The position numbers were made by a program, and so were the translations under genes. A DNA stretch of 64,000 bases from Thermoplasmatales archaeon I-plasma. Its GTDB lineage: Archaea; Thermoplasmatota; Thermoplasmata; Thermoplasmatales; GCA-001856825. Where the stretch lies: assembly GCA_001856825.1 (NCBI GenBank), contig ATMD01000001.1:114581-178580 (forward strand), written 5' to 3'. This document shows positions 33,042-42,925 of the stretch, in pieces (the first letter of the stretch is position 1; every line of letters begins with the position of its first letter). The notes beneath the pieces were generated by a model, which saw only the letters and a program-made list of their open reading frames with translations, had not been told where the DNA came from and searched no databases.

Positions 33042-33639
33042 TAAATGTTTCACCTTTCTTGTAGTTGCTCTTGATATCGTCTATTATAATGTCCCTGTTC
33101 CTCCTCAACTGGCTCTCGTACCATTTTGATATCACGTTCAGCAGTATCTCTTCAAGTTCCTCTATCTTTGCCGCCTTCATTGGGGATTCATAGAGGATGT
33201 ACTGGGTAAAGTACCTGTGCCAACCTGTATACCTGTCGTACTTCTCCCCCTCTGAAAACTCGAAAAGAACTGAAATGCTTTCGTTCTCTTCCTTCTTGTA
33301 GATGATCTTGAGAGCATCTCCTACCCTTTCTACTTCCCCGGCAGTATCCTTGAATGATATGTTGCTCACATTCTCGAAGAAGAAGTCATTGCTCAACTGG
33401 AATTTTTCCGGGTAGCTAGTGAATTCGAGCCACTTGTTTGGCGGGGGGTCTATAGTGAAATGTATGTTCTGCTTGTTGAATCTCACCCAGGTCTGCCACA
33501 AATCAGTGAGGATTCTCTTGTTCATTTCTGATTTCTTGCCTGTGGTGAGTGAACTTTCCTTCATTACTTCCTTCTCTTTCTTAGTGAGTTGCTCATCGAG
33601 CTTAGAAAACCAGTCCTTAGGTTGCTCTGTTGCCGGCAT
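33034..33639 (-). CDS. Hypothetical protein
   Basis: 201-aa ORF with host-like codon usage, overlapping the alaX start. Confidence 0.8.
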   Translation of the reverse strand: MPATEQPKDWFSKLDEQLTKKEKEVMKESSLTTGKKSEMNKRILTDLWQTWVRFNKQNIHFTIDPPPNKWLEFTSYPEKFQLSNDFFFENVSNISFKDTAGEVERVGDALKIIYKKEENESISVLFEFSEGEKYDRYTGWHRYFTQYILYESPMKAAKIEELEEILLNVISKWYESQLRRNRDIIIDDIKSNYKKGETFIE

Positions 33640-33750
33640 TTATATCGTGAGAGTATTAAATAAGAAATATTAAACCTTTGAGTCAAACTATGTGGGTAAG
33701 GGAAGGGAGTCATGAAAAACCATGAATACAAGAGCTTTCATAAGTAGGTC

Positions 33751-33945
33751 TTCTATGCGATATGATGTTGAGGGGGAAACCGCTAAACTGTAGTCTTGTG
33801 GAACACGTTATTATCGCTTTGTCATAGGAATCATCAACCGCAGCACAAGTAGGTAATCAGCGGGGACGGGGAATCTAACATTGGGTCGTCGAGGGCTTTT
33901 TGATGAAGAGGGGGTAAGGACGCATCGCCTGCAGTTAACAAAAGC
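33751..33945 (+). ncRNA. Candidate structured non-coding RNA (unclassified)
   Basis: Several stems with G-U pairs on the + strand, a GAAA tetraloop and a TATA-like TTTCATAA at 33736-33743, inside a 313-bp intergenic gap. Confidence 0.25.
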
Positions 33946-33952
33946 TTCCACT

Positions 33953-34522
33953 TTAAAGGAATGACGAGGCGCCATAAAAGAACATAACGCCCGCAAAGAC
34001 AATGAGAATGATGAACGAGAATATCCTCAGCAACGGAGAGTATCTGCTCCCTACCTTGTTCATTGTGTAAGGGAAGAGGACAATCCAGGTCAGCAATCCA
34101 AGGAAGAAGCCTCCAATGGACAGTAAAGTCATTCTCTGAATGAGGAAAAGACCAACGGTCACCCACCAGATTATCTGGAATGGATTGGTAATGCCCATAG
34201 ATAGGCCCACAAAATAGTTCCCCTTTGGAGTCTTCGATGGCATCTTGGACCTTAGGACGGAAATTGAAAGATATATCATCACAACCCCCCCAAAGAGGTA
34301 GAGATACTTGAATGTCCAGTCTGGTATAATAACTCTGCCGAAGTAAAGCAGTATCAGGAAGATGAAATCTGCCGTCATGGCCCCGGCTCCCACGCTTGAG
34401 CCATGAAGAACCGATTTTGAAGATTCATTCATTATAATTGCGTTCACCGGACCAGGCGGGGCTGCAAGTGATAGCCCAAGCACAAATCCGATCAGGGGAA
34501 GGTAAATGATGTTCAAAATCAC
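33953..34522 (-). CDS. LysE family translocator
   Basis: G..LA.PPGP.N, G.GA.TAD, G....ITNP..I.WW. Confidence 0.88.
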   Translation of the reverse strand: MILNIIYLPLIGFVLGLSLAAPPGPVNAIIMNESSKSVLHGSSVGAGAMTADFIFLILLYFGRVIIPDWTFKYLYLFGGVVMIYLSISVLRSKMPSKTPKGNYFVGLSMGITNPFQIIWWVTVGLFLIQRMTLLSIGGFFLGLLTWIVLFPYTMNKVGSRYSPLLRIFSFIILIVFAGVMFFYGASSFL

Positions 34523-34608
34523 TGCTTTTAATTTGTGCTTTGTATTAAACGATTGCTTCACGTGCAACCTAAAAATCAGATGCTGAACAGAAACGCTAAA
34601 AGATGATA

Positions 34609-34683
34609 TGCTCCGGCCGGGATTTGGACCCGGGTCGTCGGCTCGAAAGGCCGATATGCTTGGCCGGACTACACCACCGGAGC
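34609..34683 (-). tRNA. tRNA-Glu(TTC)
   Basis: GCTCCGG/CCGGAGC acceptor; anticodon arm TCGGC-CTTTCGA-GCCGA; T-loop reads GTCCAAATC (C55). Confidence 0.95.
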
Positions 34684-34923
34684 TGAACGAACGATAACAT
34701 CGCTTGTTATAAATTATTAGCGTTCAAGTAGCTTAGATAGGTGAAGTAGCCCCAGAGTACTGGAAAATACTTCCCCGGTAAATGAAATCAAGAACTAAGT
34801 CCAAGAATGAAAAAGTTACGCTTTTGGGTAATTTAAATAGAAATTATGTTAATTTAAAGTCGAAATACGACAAAATTAAAGTAATCATAATCCCTTACAA
34901 AACGAAACTCTGAGGGAACAAGA

Positions 34924-35769
34924 ATGAATCTTACCGTTGAGCCGTATATGACCAAGAAGCCATTTACACTAAAACTGCCAGCTTCAGTTTCGGACGCGAT
35001 GCAAATAATGGCAAGCAAAGATGTGGCCGCAGTTCCAGTTACAGACCCTAAGGGAAACTATGCAGGAATAGTTTCTAGAAGGGACATACTGGAACACCCT
35101 AAGGAAGACGAACTGTCACTGCTGATGAGGACTGACCTTCCGAAACTAACTTCAAAGGATACTTTGGATAAAGCAGTCGGCCTGTTCACCAAGATACTGA
35201 GAAGGCATCTGGTCATAGTGGACAACAAGAAAATATCTGGAATAATAACGCCATACGATCTACTGGATGCGGTAATATCCAAGAAGGTCGAAATACCCAT
35301 ATCAAAGCTGGTGACAAGGAATGCCATTCCCCTCCACATCAAGTCAACCGCTAAGATGGTTGAGAGGGTCATCAAGCTCACGAAGATAACTGCATTCCCG
35401 GTCCTGGACAACAATGGGAATCTGGTAGGGCTGGTAACGGAGAGGGACCTGCTGAACGGGGCAAACCTGGATTCAAAGACTGTTTCGACTCAGCTGGGAA
35501 TAGGGGAAGATGATGATGCGTGGAGCTGGGAAAGCCTCAGGGATATATACACATTCTACTACACCATAAGGGACCTCGAAATTCCCAATGTTGAGGTCGA
35601 GAAGATCATGGTAAAGAATCCCATATCAATTTTCGAAGGCGCATCAGCATATGATGCAGCGAGGATCATGAAGAAGAACAAGTTCACCCAGCTTCCTGTC
35701 AGGGACGTGGACGATGAGCTCAGCGGAATGGTTTATGACTTTGACATCATATCATCGTTGATAAAATGA
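34924..35769 (+). CDS. CBS domain protein (two tandem pairs)
   Basis: Repeated PV.D..G...G.V...D motifs. Confidence 0.9.
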   Translation: MNLTVEPYMTKKPFTLKLPASVSDAMQIMASKDVAAVPVTDPKGNYAGIVSRRDILEHPKEDELSLLMRTDLPKLTSKDTLDKAVGLFTKILRRHLVIVDNKKISGIITPYDLLDAVISKKVEIPISKLVTRNAIPLHIKSTAKMVERVIKLTKITAFPVLDNNGNLVGLVTERDLLNGANLDSKTVSTQLGIGEDDDAWSWESLRDIYTFYYTIRDLEIPNVEVEKIMVKNPISIFEGASAYDAARIMKKNKFTQLPVRDVDDELSGMVYDFDIISSLIK

Positions 35770-37403
35770 AGGGAGTGGACCAGGAAGAGATTGCTAGGAG
35801 AAGGGGCATTTATTTCCAGGGGTTCGGTATATACGGAGGCCTTTCGGGCCTGTTCGATTTTGGCCCGTACGGCTCACGCATGAAGGACAAGATTGTCCGG
35901 ACCTGGAAGGAAACGATGCTGTCAGAAGGAAACATAGCAGAATTCGACGGCACGACGATAACCCATACCCAGGTACTGAAGGCTTCCGGTCACTACGACA
36001 GGTTCTTCGATTTCTCCGTTGAATGCAAGAAGTGTGGTACAAAATATCGTGCGGACGACCTGGTTGAAAAGAGGGGAGTTAAGGTCACTCTTGACAGGGA
36101 CTGGCTGCAGAGCAAGATTACCGAGCTTGGAATAAAATGTGAGAAGTGCAACGGCGACCTGGGAGAAGTGAAGATACAGAAGCTGATGTTCCAGGTGGAT
36201 CAGGAAGAAGGCTCAGAGCCCCTCTTCCTGAGGCCAGAGACGGCACAGGGGATGTTCATAAATTTCAAGGAATACTACAGGTTTTTCAGGGAGAAGCTTC
36301 CATTTGCCATCATAACTGTTGGCAGGGGGTACAGGAACGAGATTTCACCGCGTAGGGCCCTGTACAGACTGCGTGAATTCAACATGATGGAATGCGAATC
36401 GTTCTTCGATCCGGAGAACGAAACGTGGGTGCATGATCCAGAAGACAGCATAGCCGTAACCTTCCTCACGAATGAGGGTAAAGAGATGAAGGCAACCCCT
36501 AAGGATGCTTATGAGAAGGGGATAGTGAAAAGCCATCCAATGGCATATTTCATGGGCCTAGCGCTGAGATTCTATTCCGCCGTTGGTATAGATATTGGAA
36601 GGATCAGGTTCAGGCAGCACAGGAAGGAAGAACTGAGCCACTACTCTTCTGAAACATGGGATGCCGAGTCTTTGACTGACCTGGGATGGATAGAGATAAC
36701 AGGTATTGCCCACAGGGGGACTTTCGATCTCACGAACCACATAAAGGCGTCTGGCAAGGACCTGTATGCACAAAGGGTCATACCAAGGAAGGAAGTCATT
36801 GAAAAGAAGAAGGAGATTGATTACCAGACGATTAAGGCAGAATTCCCCAAACAGTCTTCTAAGATTATTGCTGCAATGAAAGATGGAGCAAGCAGTCTTT
36901 CCATAGAAGGGAAGAACATTGACCTCAGAAGATTCCTTGTCGAGAAGGAAGAGAAGGTAGTAGTGGACAGGGAAAACTTTATCCCTGTTGTGATAGAGCC
37001 TGCTTTTGGACTGGACCGCATCATCTACACAATCCTTGACCACAACCTGTCAGTAAGGGAGGATTCAGGGTACGTCTGCCTCAAAATACCGTATTCAATC
37101 TCACCGTACGATGCAGCGATCCTGCCGCTGATGGCAAAGGACGGTTTGGACGTGAAGGCAAACTCGATCTTCGAGAACCTTTTGAAGCAAAAATTCTCAG
37201 TACTCTATGACGACTCCGGGTCCATAGGCAAGAGGTATTCGAGATACGATGAGGTCGGCATTCTCTACTGCATCACGGTCGATTACGACACCCTGAAGAA
37301 CGGCGATGTGACGATAAGGCACAGGGATACACGGGTACAGATCAGGATAAAGATTGACGAAATTCCCGATTACCTTGGAAGAAACCCATGGAATGGGAAA
37401 TAG
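35766..37403 (+). CDS. glyS: Glycine--tRNA ligase (archaeal/eukaryotic type)
   Basis: IYGG.SG..D.GP.G, LRPETAQG, RNEISPR, EP.FG.DRI. Confidence 0.97.
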   Translation: MKGVDQEEIARRRGIYFQGFGIYGGLSGLFDFGPYGSRMKDKIVRTWKETMLSEGNIAEFDGTTITHTQVLKASGHYDRFFDFSVECKKCGTKYRADDLVEKRGVKVTLDRDWLQSKITELGIKCEKCNGDLGEVKIQKLMFQVDQEEGSEPLFLRPETAQGMFINFKEYYRFFREKLPFAIITVGRGYRNEISPRRALYRLREFNMMECESFFDPENETWVHDPEDSIAVTFLTNEGKEMKATPKDAYEKGIVKSHPMAYFMGLALRFYSAVGIDIGRIRFRQHRKEELSHYSSETWDAESLTDLGWIEITGIAHRGTFDLTNHIKASGKDLYAQRVIPRKEVIEKKKEIDYQTIKAEFPKQSSKIIAAMKDGASSLSIEGKNIDLRRFLVEKEEKVVVDRENFIPVVIEPAFGLDRIIYTILDHNLSVREDSGYVCLKIPYSISPYDAAILPLMAKDGLDVKANSIFENLLKQKFSVLYDDSGSIGKRYSRYDEVGILYCITVDYDTLKNGDVTIRHRDTRVQIRIKIDEIPDYLGRNPWNGK

Positions 37404-38134
37404 AGCTGGCAGAGGCCCTTGAGAGGGGCATACAGGAAATCCGGGATGGGACAGGAGTATTGTTTTCCGGTGGATTAGACAGCTCTTTCATAGCATTCCT
37501 GGCGAATAAACAGAGCAGGAAGGTGAGTTTGCATTCTTCAGGAACGTCGAATTCCCACGACAAGCAGTGGACAAAAAAGGCTGCAGGAATGCTCGGCCTC
37601 CCCCTTGAATTTTATGAGAAGAACGATGAAGATATAGTAAATGGACTATCTGAGATCAAGAAGCTAACAGGGGAAAAATCACCCATGCTGCTGTTAATAG
37701 AGCTCCCCCTGTACTTCGTCACTAAACAATCAGATTGTCCAGTCATGGCCTCAGGACAGGGGGCAGATGAACTGTTCCTGGGGTACAAGAAATATGAAAC
37801 AGAGGACACTTCAAAGGAAGACATCAGGAAAGTAATTGAATACGTGGTCCCCATGGAAATGAAGATAGCTAGGTCAAATGGGAAGGAGCTTCTCTACCCA
37901 TACCTTCAGAGGGATGTCATCGAGGTGGCTAATAAGATTCCTTTTGAAGGACTAGTCAGCGATGGAAAGAGGAAGATTGCACTTCGCAACGCTGCCTCAA
38001 AATTGGGGATGAATGATGAAATTGCATGGAAGCAGAAGAAGGCATCACAATATTCATCAGGTTTCAAGGACGCAGTCGATAGGATTGCAAGGAAGGAGAA
38101 AAGGACTGTTCACGAGTTTATCAGCGACCTGTAG
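37388..38134 (+). CDS. Stand-alone asparagine synthase C-terminal (PP-loop) domain protein
   Basis: FSGGLDSS, SGQGADELFLGY, KK..QY.SG; no glutaminase domain. Confidence 0.85.
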   Translation: MEWEIELAEALERGIQEIRDGTGVLFSGGLDSSFIAFLANKQSRKVSLHSSGTSNSHDKQWTKKAAGMLGLPLEFYEKNDEDIVNGLSEIKKLTGEKSPMLLLIELPLYFVTKQSDCPVMASGQGADELFLGYKKYETEDTSKEDIRKVIEYVVPMEMKIARSNGKELLYPYLQRDVIEVANKIPFEGLVSDGKRKIALRNAASKLGMNDEIAWKQKKASQYSSGFKDAVDRIARKEKRTVHEFISDL

Positions 38135-39393
38135 CGGTCAAATATCTCCTCATTTTTCTTCCTGATCTCATCAATGTTCAATCCAGAATATTTACCCTCC
38201 GAATAAACGAGTTTTCCATTAACTATTGTCTGCTCCACATCATTACCGGTGGAAGAATAAATCAAGATGCTCTCTGCATTGTCCGTTCTCAAAGGGACCT
38301 GTCCTACTTCCCCGCCTACAACAACGATATCAGCAAGTGCACCCTCCCTCAAAACTCCTGCATTCTTCCCAAGCACCTTCCACGGGTTCTTAGTCATGAA
38401 GTCTATGACCTGGTGGGGCGGAAGAACTGATCCTTCCTCCCTGTAGTTCTTTTGGAGAAGGGAGGAGAGTTTGGCGTTCTCGAGCATGTCCAATGAGTTG
38501 CCTGTTGCAGCGGAGTCTGTCCCTAGAGTGACGTTAACGCCGTGCTGTACCATCTCAACCAACGGGGCAAAATTCCCGTTCGCGAGTTTCATGTTGCTAA
38601 CGGGGTTGTTCACAGCAGTCAAACCATTTTTTCCCATTATCTTGATCTCATTCAGTGTGACATATATCGTGTGGGCAGCTATCAGCCTGTTGCTCAGGAA
38701 CCCTAGAGCATCCAAGTATTCCACCGGCCTCTTTTTCTCCTTCTTCACAATGTCATAGACCTCCCTCCTGTTCTCGCTCAGGTGTATTGTGTACGGAAGG
38801 TCGTACCTGTCGGCGAGGTCCTTTGATGCTATCAGGTCATCCCTTTCGCATGAATATATGCCATGAGGTGCAGGAATGGGCGTCACAAGATCGTTTCCCC
38901 TGAACCTCTGGATGAATTGCTCAGCGTTTTTCAGAGGATCACCTTTCTGGGTTGTCTGGTTCTTGTTAACTATGCTCCAACCTAGGTATGACCGAATGCC
39001 GGCTTCCTGTGCTGCCTTGGCTACCATATCCTCCCCGTAGTACATGTCAAGGAATGTGGTTGTCCCCTTCCTCAGCATTTCTGCTATCCCCAGCTTGCTT
39101 CCAAAATAAAGCTCCTCATCCGTCCTTACTGCATCCAGTTTGAATCCTGTATCTAGGAATCTGGAGAAGGGCATATCGTCCAGGAGAGTCCTCATGTTGG
39201 TCATCGCAACATGGGTGTGCATATTCACAAAACCTGGGGATATGATCTTGTTTTCGCAGTTTATGACGTAGTCAGATTCCACACCCACCCTTTCCGAAAT
39301 TTGGGAGATGATATTATCGTCTATGAACAGGTCCATCTTCTTTGGCACGTGGTCCTCAGTCAGAAGGATGCCGTTCTTCAACAGGATCTGCAT
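38110..39393 (-). CDS. Amidohydrolase (MTA/SAH/5'-deoxyadenosine deaminase-like)
   Basis: PGFVNMHTH, IHLSE, NP.SNMKL, LGTD. Confidence 0.88.
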   Translation of the reverse strand: MQILLKNGILLTEDHVPKKMDLFIDDNIISQISERVGVESDYVINCENKIISPGFVNMHTHVAMTNMRTLLDDMPFSRFLDTGFKLDAVRTDEELYFGSKLGIAEMLRKGTTTFLDMYYGEDMVAKAAQEAGIRSYLGWSIVNKNQTTQKGDPLKNAEQFIQRFRGNDLVTPIPAPHGIYSCERDDLIASKDLADRYDLPYTIHLSENRREVYDIVKKEKKRPVEYLDALGFLSNRLIAAHTIYVTLNEIKIMGKNGLTAVNNPVSNMKLANGNFAPLVEMVQHGVNVTLGTDSAATGNSLDMLENAKLSSLLQKNYREEGSVLPPHQVIDFMTKNPWKVLGKNAGVLREGALADIVVVGGEVGQVPLRTDNAESILIYSSTGNDVEQTIVNGKLVYSEGKYSGLNIDEIRKKNEEIFDRYRSLINS

Positions 39394-39421
39394 GAATTGC
39401 TATAGCCTCTTGTTATATATT

Positions 39422-40483
39422 TCATTTGAAGAGTATCAGAAAACCTGCTACCGCAGTCACTGCAAGGAAAAGGAAGGAATACTTGTTGAACTTGAGGAAG
39501 TTTTTGCCAGACAGGTTCCTCAGAGCGATGATATTTGCAAGAGAAGCAACAACGGTGCCGTTCCCGCCTATGTTCACACCGTAAGACAATATAGCAAATG
39601 ATGAAGCCTTCCCTAGGAGAACAGTCGTGGGAACATTCGATATGACCTGCGAAAGGAGGATGGAGGAGAGGAATGACTGCATTCCGTCCAGCGTTGGGAT
39701 GGTTACAAGAAGCCTTACAGAGTTCATCACGAGGAATATGAGGATGAAAACTACAATGAGAATGTAGTCCACCTTCACTATAGTCTTCGGCTCAAAGAGC
39801 ATGAGGGAGACCATGGAAACTGCAATAACCACTACAAAGAGGTATATAGGTGCATTGAGCAGCATCCCGAGGATAGTGGAGACAAGCAGTGCGGCGAATA
39901 GCGCAAAGAAGAATGCATGGGGTTTCTGCGCATTCTCCTGTGAGACGAATTTCTCATCCTTGAATACTAGAGAAAATAGAACAAGTATTATCATTGAAAC
40001 CAGGAAAATTGGTGCCATAGTCCTTACAAATTCAAAGAAATTCAATGAAAACAACCTGAACATTATGATGTTCTGTGGATTACCGAACGGCATCAGCATG
40101 GAACCGACGTTAGCAGCTATTGCCTGGAATATTATTACGTCATCAATGTTCTTACCTGCAAATCTTCCAATCGCAATTGTTATTGGGATGAGGACGAGGA
40201 GGGAAACGTCGTTTGTCAGGAACATCGCAACTAACGACGTTAGGAGGATGGAAATAATCATGAGTTTCCTCCTGCCGTTCGTAAATTTCATGATGGTGTA
40301 TGCGACGTAATTCAGTCCACCTGTGTACATCAGCCCCGTGTTAACGACAATGAGCGAAGATAGTATGGCGATTGTGTCCCAGTCGACCAGTCCAGTTGAA
40401 TAGATGCTTCTCCTCAGCAAAATGATGACTATGTATGAAATTCCCAGGACGAGGAGCAGAATCCTGTTTACTGTTATCTTCAT
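39422..40483 (-). CDS. ArsB/NhaD/SLC13-type (YbiR-like) anion permease
   Basis: LTND, AANVGS...P.GNPQN, SQ.ISNVP, GG.G...ASLAN. Confidence 0.85.
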   Translation of the reverse strand: MKITVNRILLLVLGISYIVIILLRRSIYSTGLVDWDTIAILSSLIVVNTGLMYTGGLNYVAYTIMKFTNGRRKLMIISILLTSLVAMFLTNDVSLLVLIPITIAIGRFAGKNIDDVIIFQAIAANVGSMLMPFGNPQNIIMFRLFSLNFFEFVRTMAPIFLVSMIILVLFSLVFKDEKFVSQENAQKPHAFFFALFAALLVSTILGMLLNAPIYLFVVVIAVSMVSLMLFEPKTIVKVDYILIVVFILIFLVMNSVRLLVTIPTLDGMQSFLSSILLSQVISNVPTTVLLGKASSFAILSYGVNIGGNGTVVASLANIIALRNLSGKNFLKFNKYSFLFLAVTAVAGFLILFK

Positions 40484-40825
40484 CTAAAGCGTGTTCTTCA
40501 GTAAAGTGTCCAGCTCCGGCCCGATTGCCTTCAGTATGGACTTAACCATCTCATCCCTGAACGATTCGGGCATCGAGATCAGGCCGAGCTCAGCCACAAC
40601 CTTCAGTATCTTCCCCTGGGCCCCGGCTTCAAGTAACTTCCCTCTTGTGTAGTCCTTTATGGCGTCCTTGAGCTCCTCTTCCATTCTTGGATTGGCTTTG
40701 AGTCTCTCCTTGATCCTTTCCTTTATTTCGTCCTTGTAGAGTTCCTGGATAGCCTGCACAATTATCTCGTCGGAAATCATTAGTTTCTTCGAATCTTCAA
40801 AGATGAAATTGTCGTCTTTGGCCAT
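40484..40825 (-). CDS. Hypothetical protein
   Basis: 113-aa ORF abutting the downstream gene. Confidence 0.75.
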   Translation of the reverse strand: MAKDDNFIFEDSKKLMISDEIIVQAIQELYKDEIKERIKERLKANPRMEEELKDAIKDYTRGKLLEAGAQGKILKVVAELGLISMPESFRDEMVKSILKAIGPELDTLLKNTL

Positions 40826-40875
40826 GAGAAGTTATACCTACTCAATATTATAACTATTCTTCTCGCAGGCTGCAA

Positions 40876-41274
40876 TCATACGTCCAGAGTGACCTCTATG
40901 ACGGCTGGCTTCCTTGACACGTTTATCCTGTCGTAAGTTGCAGCCTTTACTAGAACGGAACCGCCTTCCATCCGGTCTGCCCTCTCTCCCGCTGCCTCCC
41001 ATATTACAGAGTTGTTGCAAATTGTGATCCTCCTTATCTTCAGGGCAAGGGATGCTGATTCTGATCTGTAGATGATGTCGTTCAGTGTTCTTATCACGCA
41101 GTTTTCGTCTGTATCATATTCAACTTTGGAACTAAGAAACAGTTCAGGATGGATGGATTCACCGTACATCATTGCAAGCATCCTGTTTGACAGGTCAAGA
41201 AGTGCTCGCTGAAAGGTGTTCCCCCAAGCCCGCAACCTGATATCTGCAGTATGTTCTATGCTACTCACCGGCAC
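40876..41274 (-). CDS. Archease
   Basis: EHTADI...A.G, VKAATY, C-terminal LDV. Confidence 0.9.
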   Translation of the reverse strand: MPVSSIEHTADIRLRAWGNTFQRALLDLSNRMLAMMYGESIHPELFLSSKVEYDTDENCVIRTLNDIIYRSESASLALKIRRITICNNSVIWEAAGERADRMEGGSVLVKAATYDRINVSRKPAVIEVTLDV

Positions 41275-41303
41275 AATTTAAAATCAAAGAGAGGGATAAA
41301 ACA

Positions 41304-42845
41304 CTATTGCGATTTGTTTCTGAGTTCCCCCACTGCGTAGTTCCAAAGTTTCTTCAGGTTTAGCATGTTGAGTATGTCCATGAGTTCTTCCCTTGATATC
41401 GTTCTCGAAACGATCAAGAGGCCTACATATGCCAGGGAGTATAGGAGAAAGAGGCCTATGAGAACCACAGAATGAAGCCTTATGGAATCTTCAAGCAGGT
41501 AATAGAAAAGCGCTCCAAGCAGTACGGAGATTACACCACCCTTTATGGACTGAAGTGTGAGAGGTACCTTCACTTCAAGATTTAGAGCTATTATTGAAGA
41601 TACGAGGATCACGACACCTGATATCAGATACGCATAGGCAGCACCTATGACTCCAAGTCCAGCAAAACGTATGTCAGCGAGCGAATGAGGTATGAGAACT
41701 ACGTCAAGCACAATCCAGAGCGTATAGCCGAAGTTGTTCAAAATTCCAGATACCCTGGTCTTTGCTATTGCATTGAAGTGGGTCCAGTACGGGGTTGACA
41801 TTGTCCAGAACCACGAGCCTATGAGCATGATCTGCAATGCAAATGCAAACTGTATCAGGGCTGAGTTCCACAGGTTGAGGATTGCAGCTGCGAATACAAT
41901 CGCGAATACTGTTATAGGCGTCACGAAGATTGTCAGGTATTTCACCGTAACCCCCATAGTCCTGCCATAGTCTTCGCTTGAATCCAGCCTGGTGGTGAGG
42001 GAAGGGAGGATGAGTACAGTTACAGACATCGTGAAACCTGTCATCATGAGGATGAACCTGTAGTCAGCTGCAAAACCTCCTGAAGCAAATGACCCGATCG
42101 CAATGTATACCAGCACCTGTGGAATGTTTGCAGATATTGCCTTGGTAATTGCTGCCCCCATGAGGGGATATGAATATTTCAGGTAGGTCCTCATCGTTTC
42201 AATATGGGGCATCCTGAACTTCCATGGCATTCCAACAACGAAGCTCAGCAAGAAGTAAACAACATAAGAAATTGAGTAGGAAATGGCGATCAATATTGCC
42301 ATTTCAGGGATCCCTGATTTCGCATTTGGAAAGTTGAAAACGTTGAAATGAATCAGGATAACCACGGCTGCAAACCTGACAACCGATTCCATTATTGCAG
42401 GCAGGGACATCTTGAATGCTTCCTGCGTACCAGTGAAGAATGCCCTGTTTGCCTGTATGTATGGCAGCCCGAGGAAATATGGGATCAGGAGGAGGATGCT
42501 CAGGTATACAAGGGGGGACTGGAACTGCTGGTGGAACAGAACAGTCCATACATACACAGCAAGGAATATGACACCGATGTATGCGAGCGTGAGGAATATC
42601 TTCATGAATATCAGTGCATTGTTGTATTCATTCCTGTCCTTCCCAAGGGCTATCATCCTCGTGTGTGCTGTGTTTATCCCAAGATCAGACACAAATGAAA
42701 AGATGAGGCCAAAGGAAAGAGCAGTCGAGAAAATTCCCCAGGAACTGACGCCTGCATCCCTAAGTATCAGTAGGTAAGTCAGAAATCCAAGTATTAGACC
42801 AAATGCGTTCTGCAGGAGAATCCAAGCTGGTTTGGAAGTTTCCAT
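41304..42845 (-). CDS. Wzx/PST-family oligosaccharide flippase
   Basis: G.FS.A......DLGI, L.YS.PL, many TM segments. Confidence 0.8.
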   Translation of the reverse strand: METSKPAWILLQNAFGLILGFLTYLLILRDAGVSSWGIFSTALSFGLIFSFVSDLGINTAHTRMIALGKDRNEYNNALIFMKIFLTLAYIGVIFLAVYVWTVLFHQQFQSPLVYLSILLLIPYFLGLPYIQANRAFFTGTQEAFKMSLPAIMESVVRFAAVVILIHFNVFNFPNAKSGIPEMAILIAISYSISYVVYFLLSFVVGMPWKFRMPHIETMRTYLKYSYPLMGAAITKAISANIPQVLVYIAIGSFASGGFAADYRFILMMTGFTMSVTVLILPSLTTRLDSSEDYGRTMGVTVKYLTIFVTPITVFAIVFAAAILNLWNSALIQFAFALQIMLIGSWFWTMSTPYWTHFNAIAKTRVSGILNNFGYTLWIVLDVVLIPHSLADIRFAGLGVIGAAYAYLISGVVILVSSIIALNLEVKVPLTLQSIKGGVISVLLGALFYYLLEDSIRLHSVVLIGLFLLYSLAYVGLLIVSRTISREELMDILNMLNLKKLWNYAVGELRNKSQ

Positions 42846-42925
42846 CCCTTAGGGCGTAGTAAGGAAATATAGAAAAACCTTCGGATTTGAAGAAATGGTT
42901 ATATTTTCGCAAACTCTGGCCTGAT

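Noticed and set aside
33763..33914. Hammerhead ribozyme or canonical C/D-box sRNA
   Set aside because: TGATGA and GAAAC are present but stem II cannot form, and no CTGA D boxes occur at the right spacing; kept only as an unclassified ncRNA candidate
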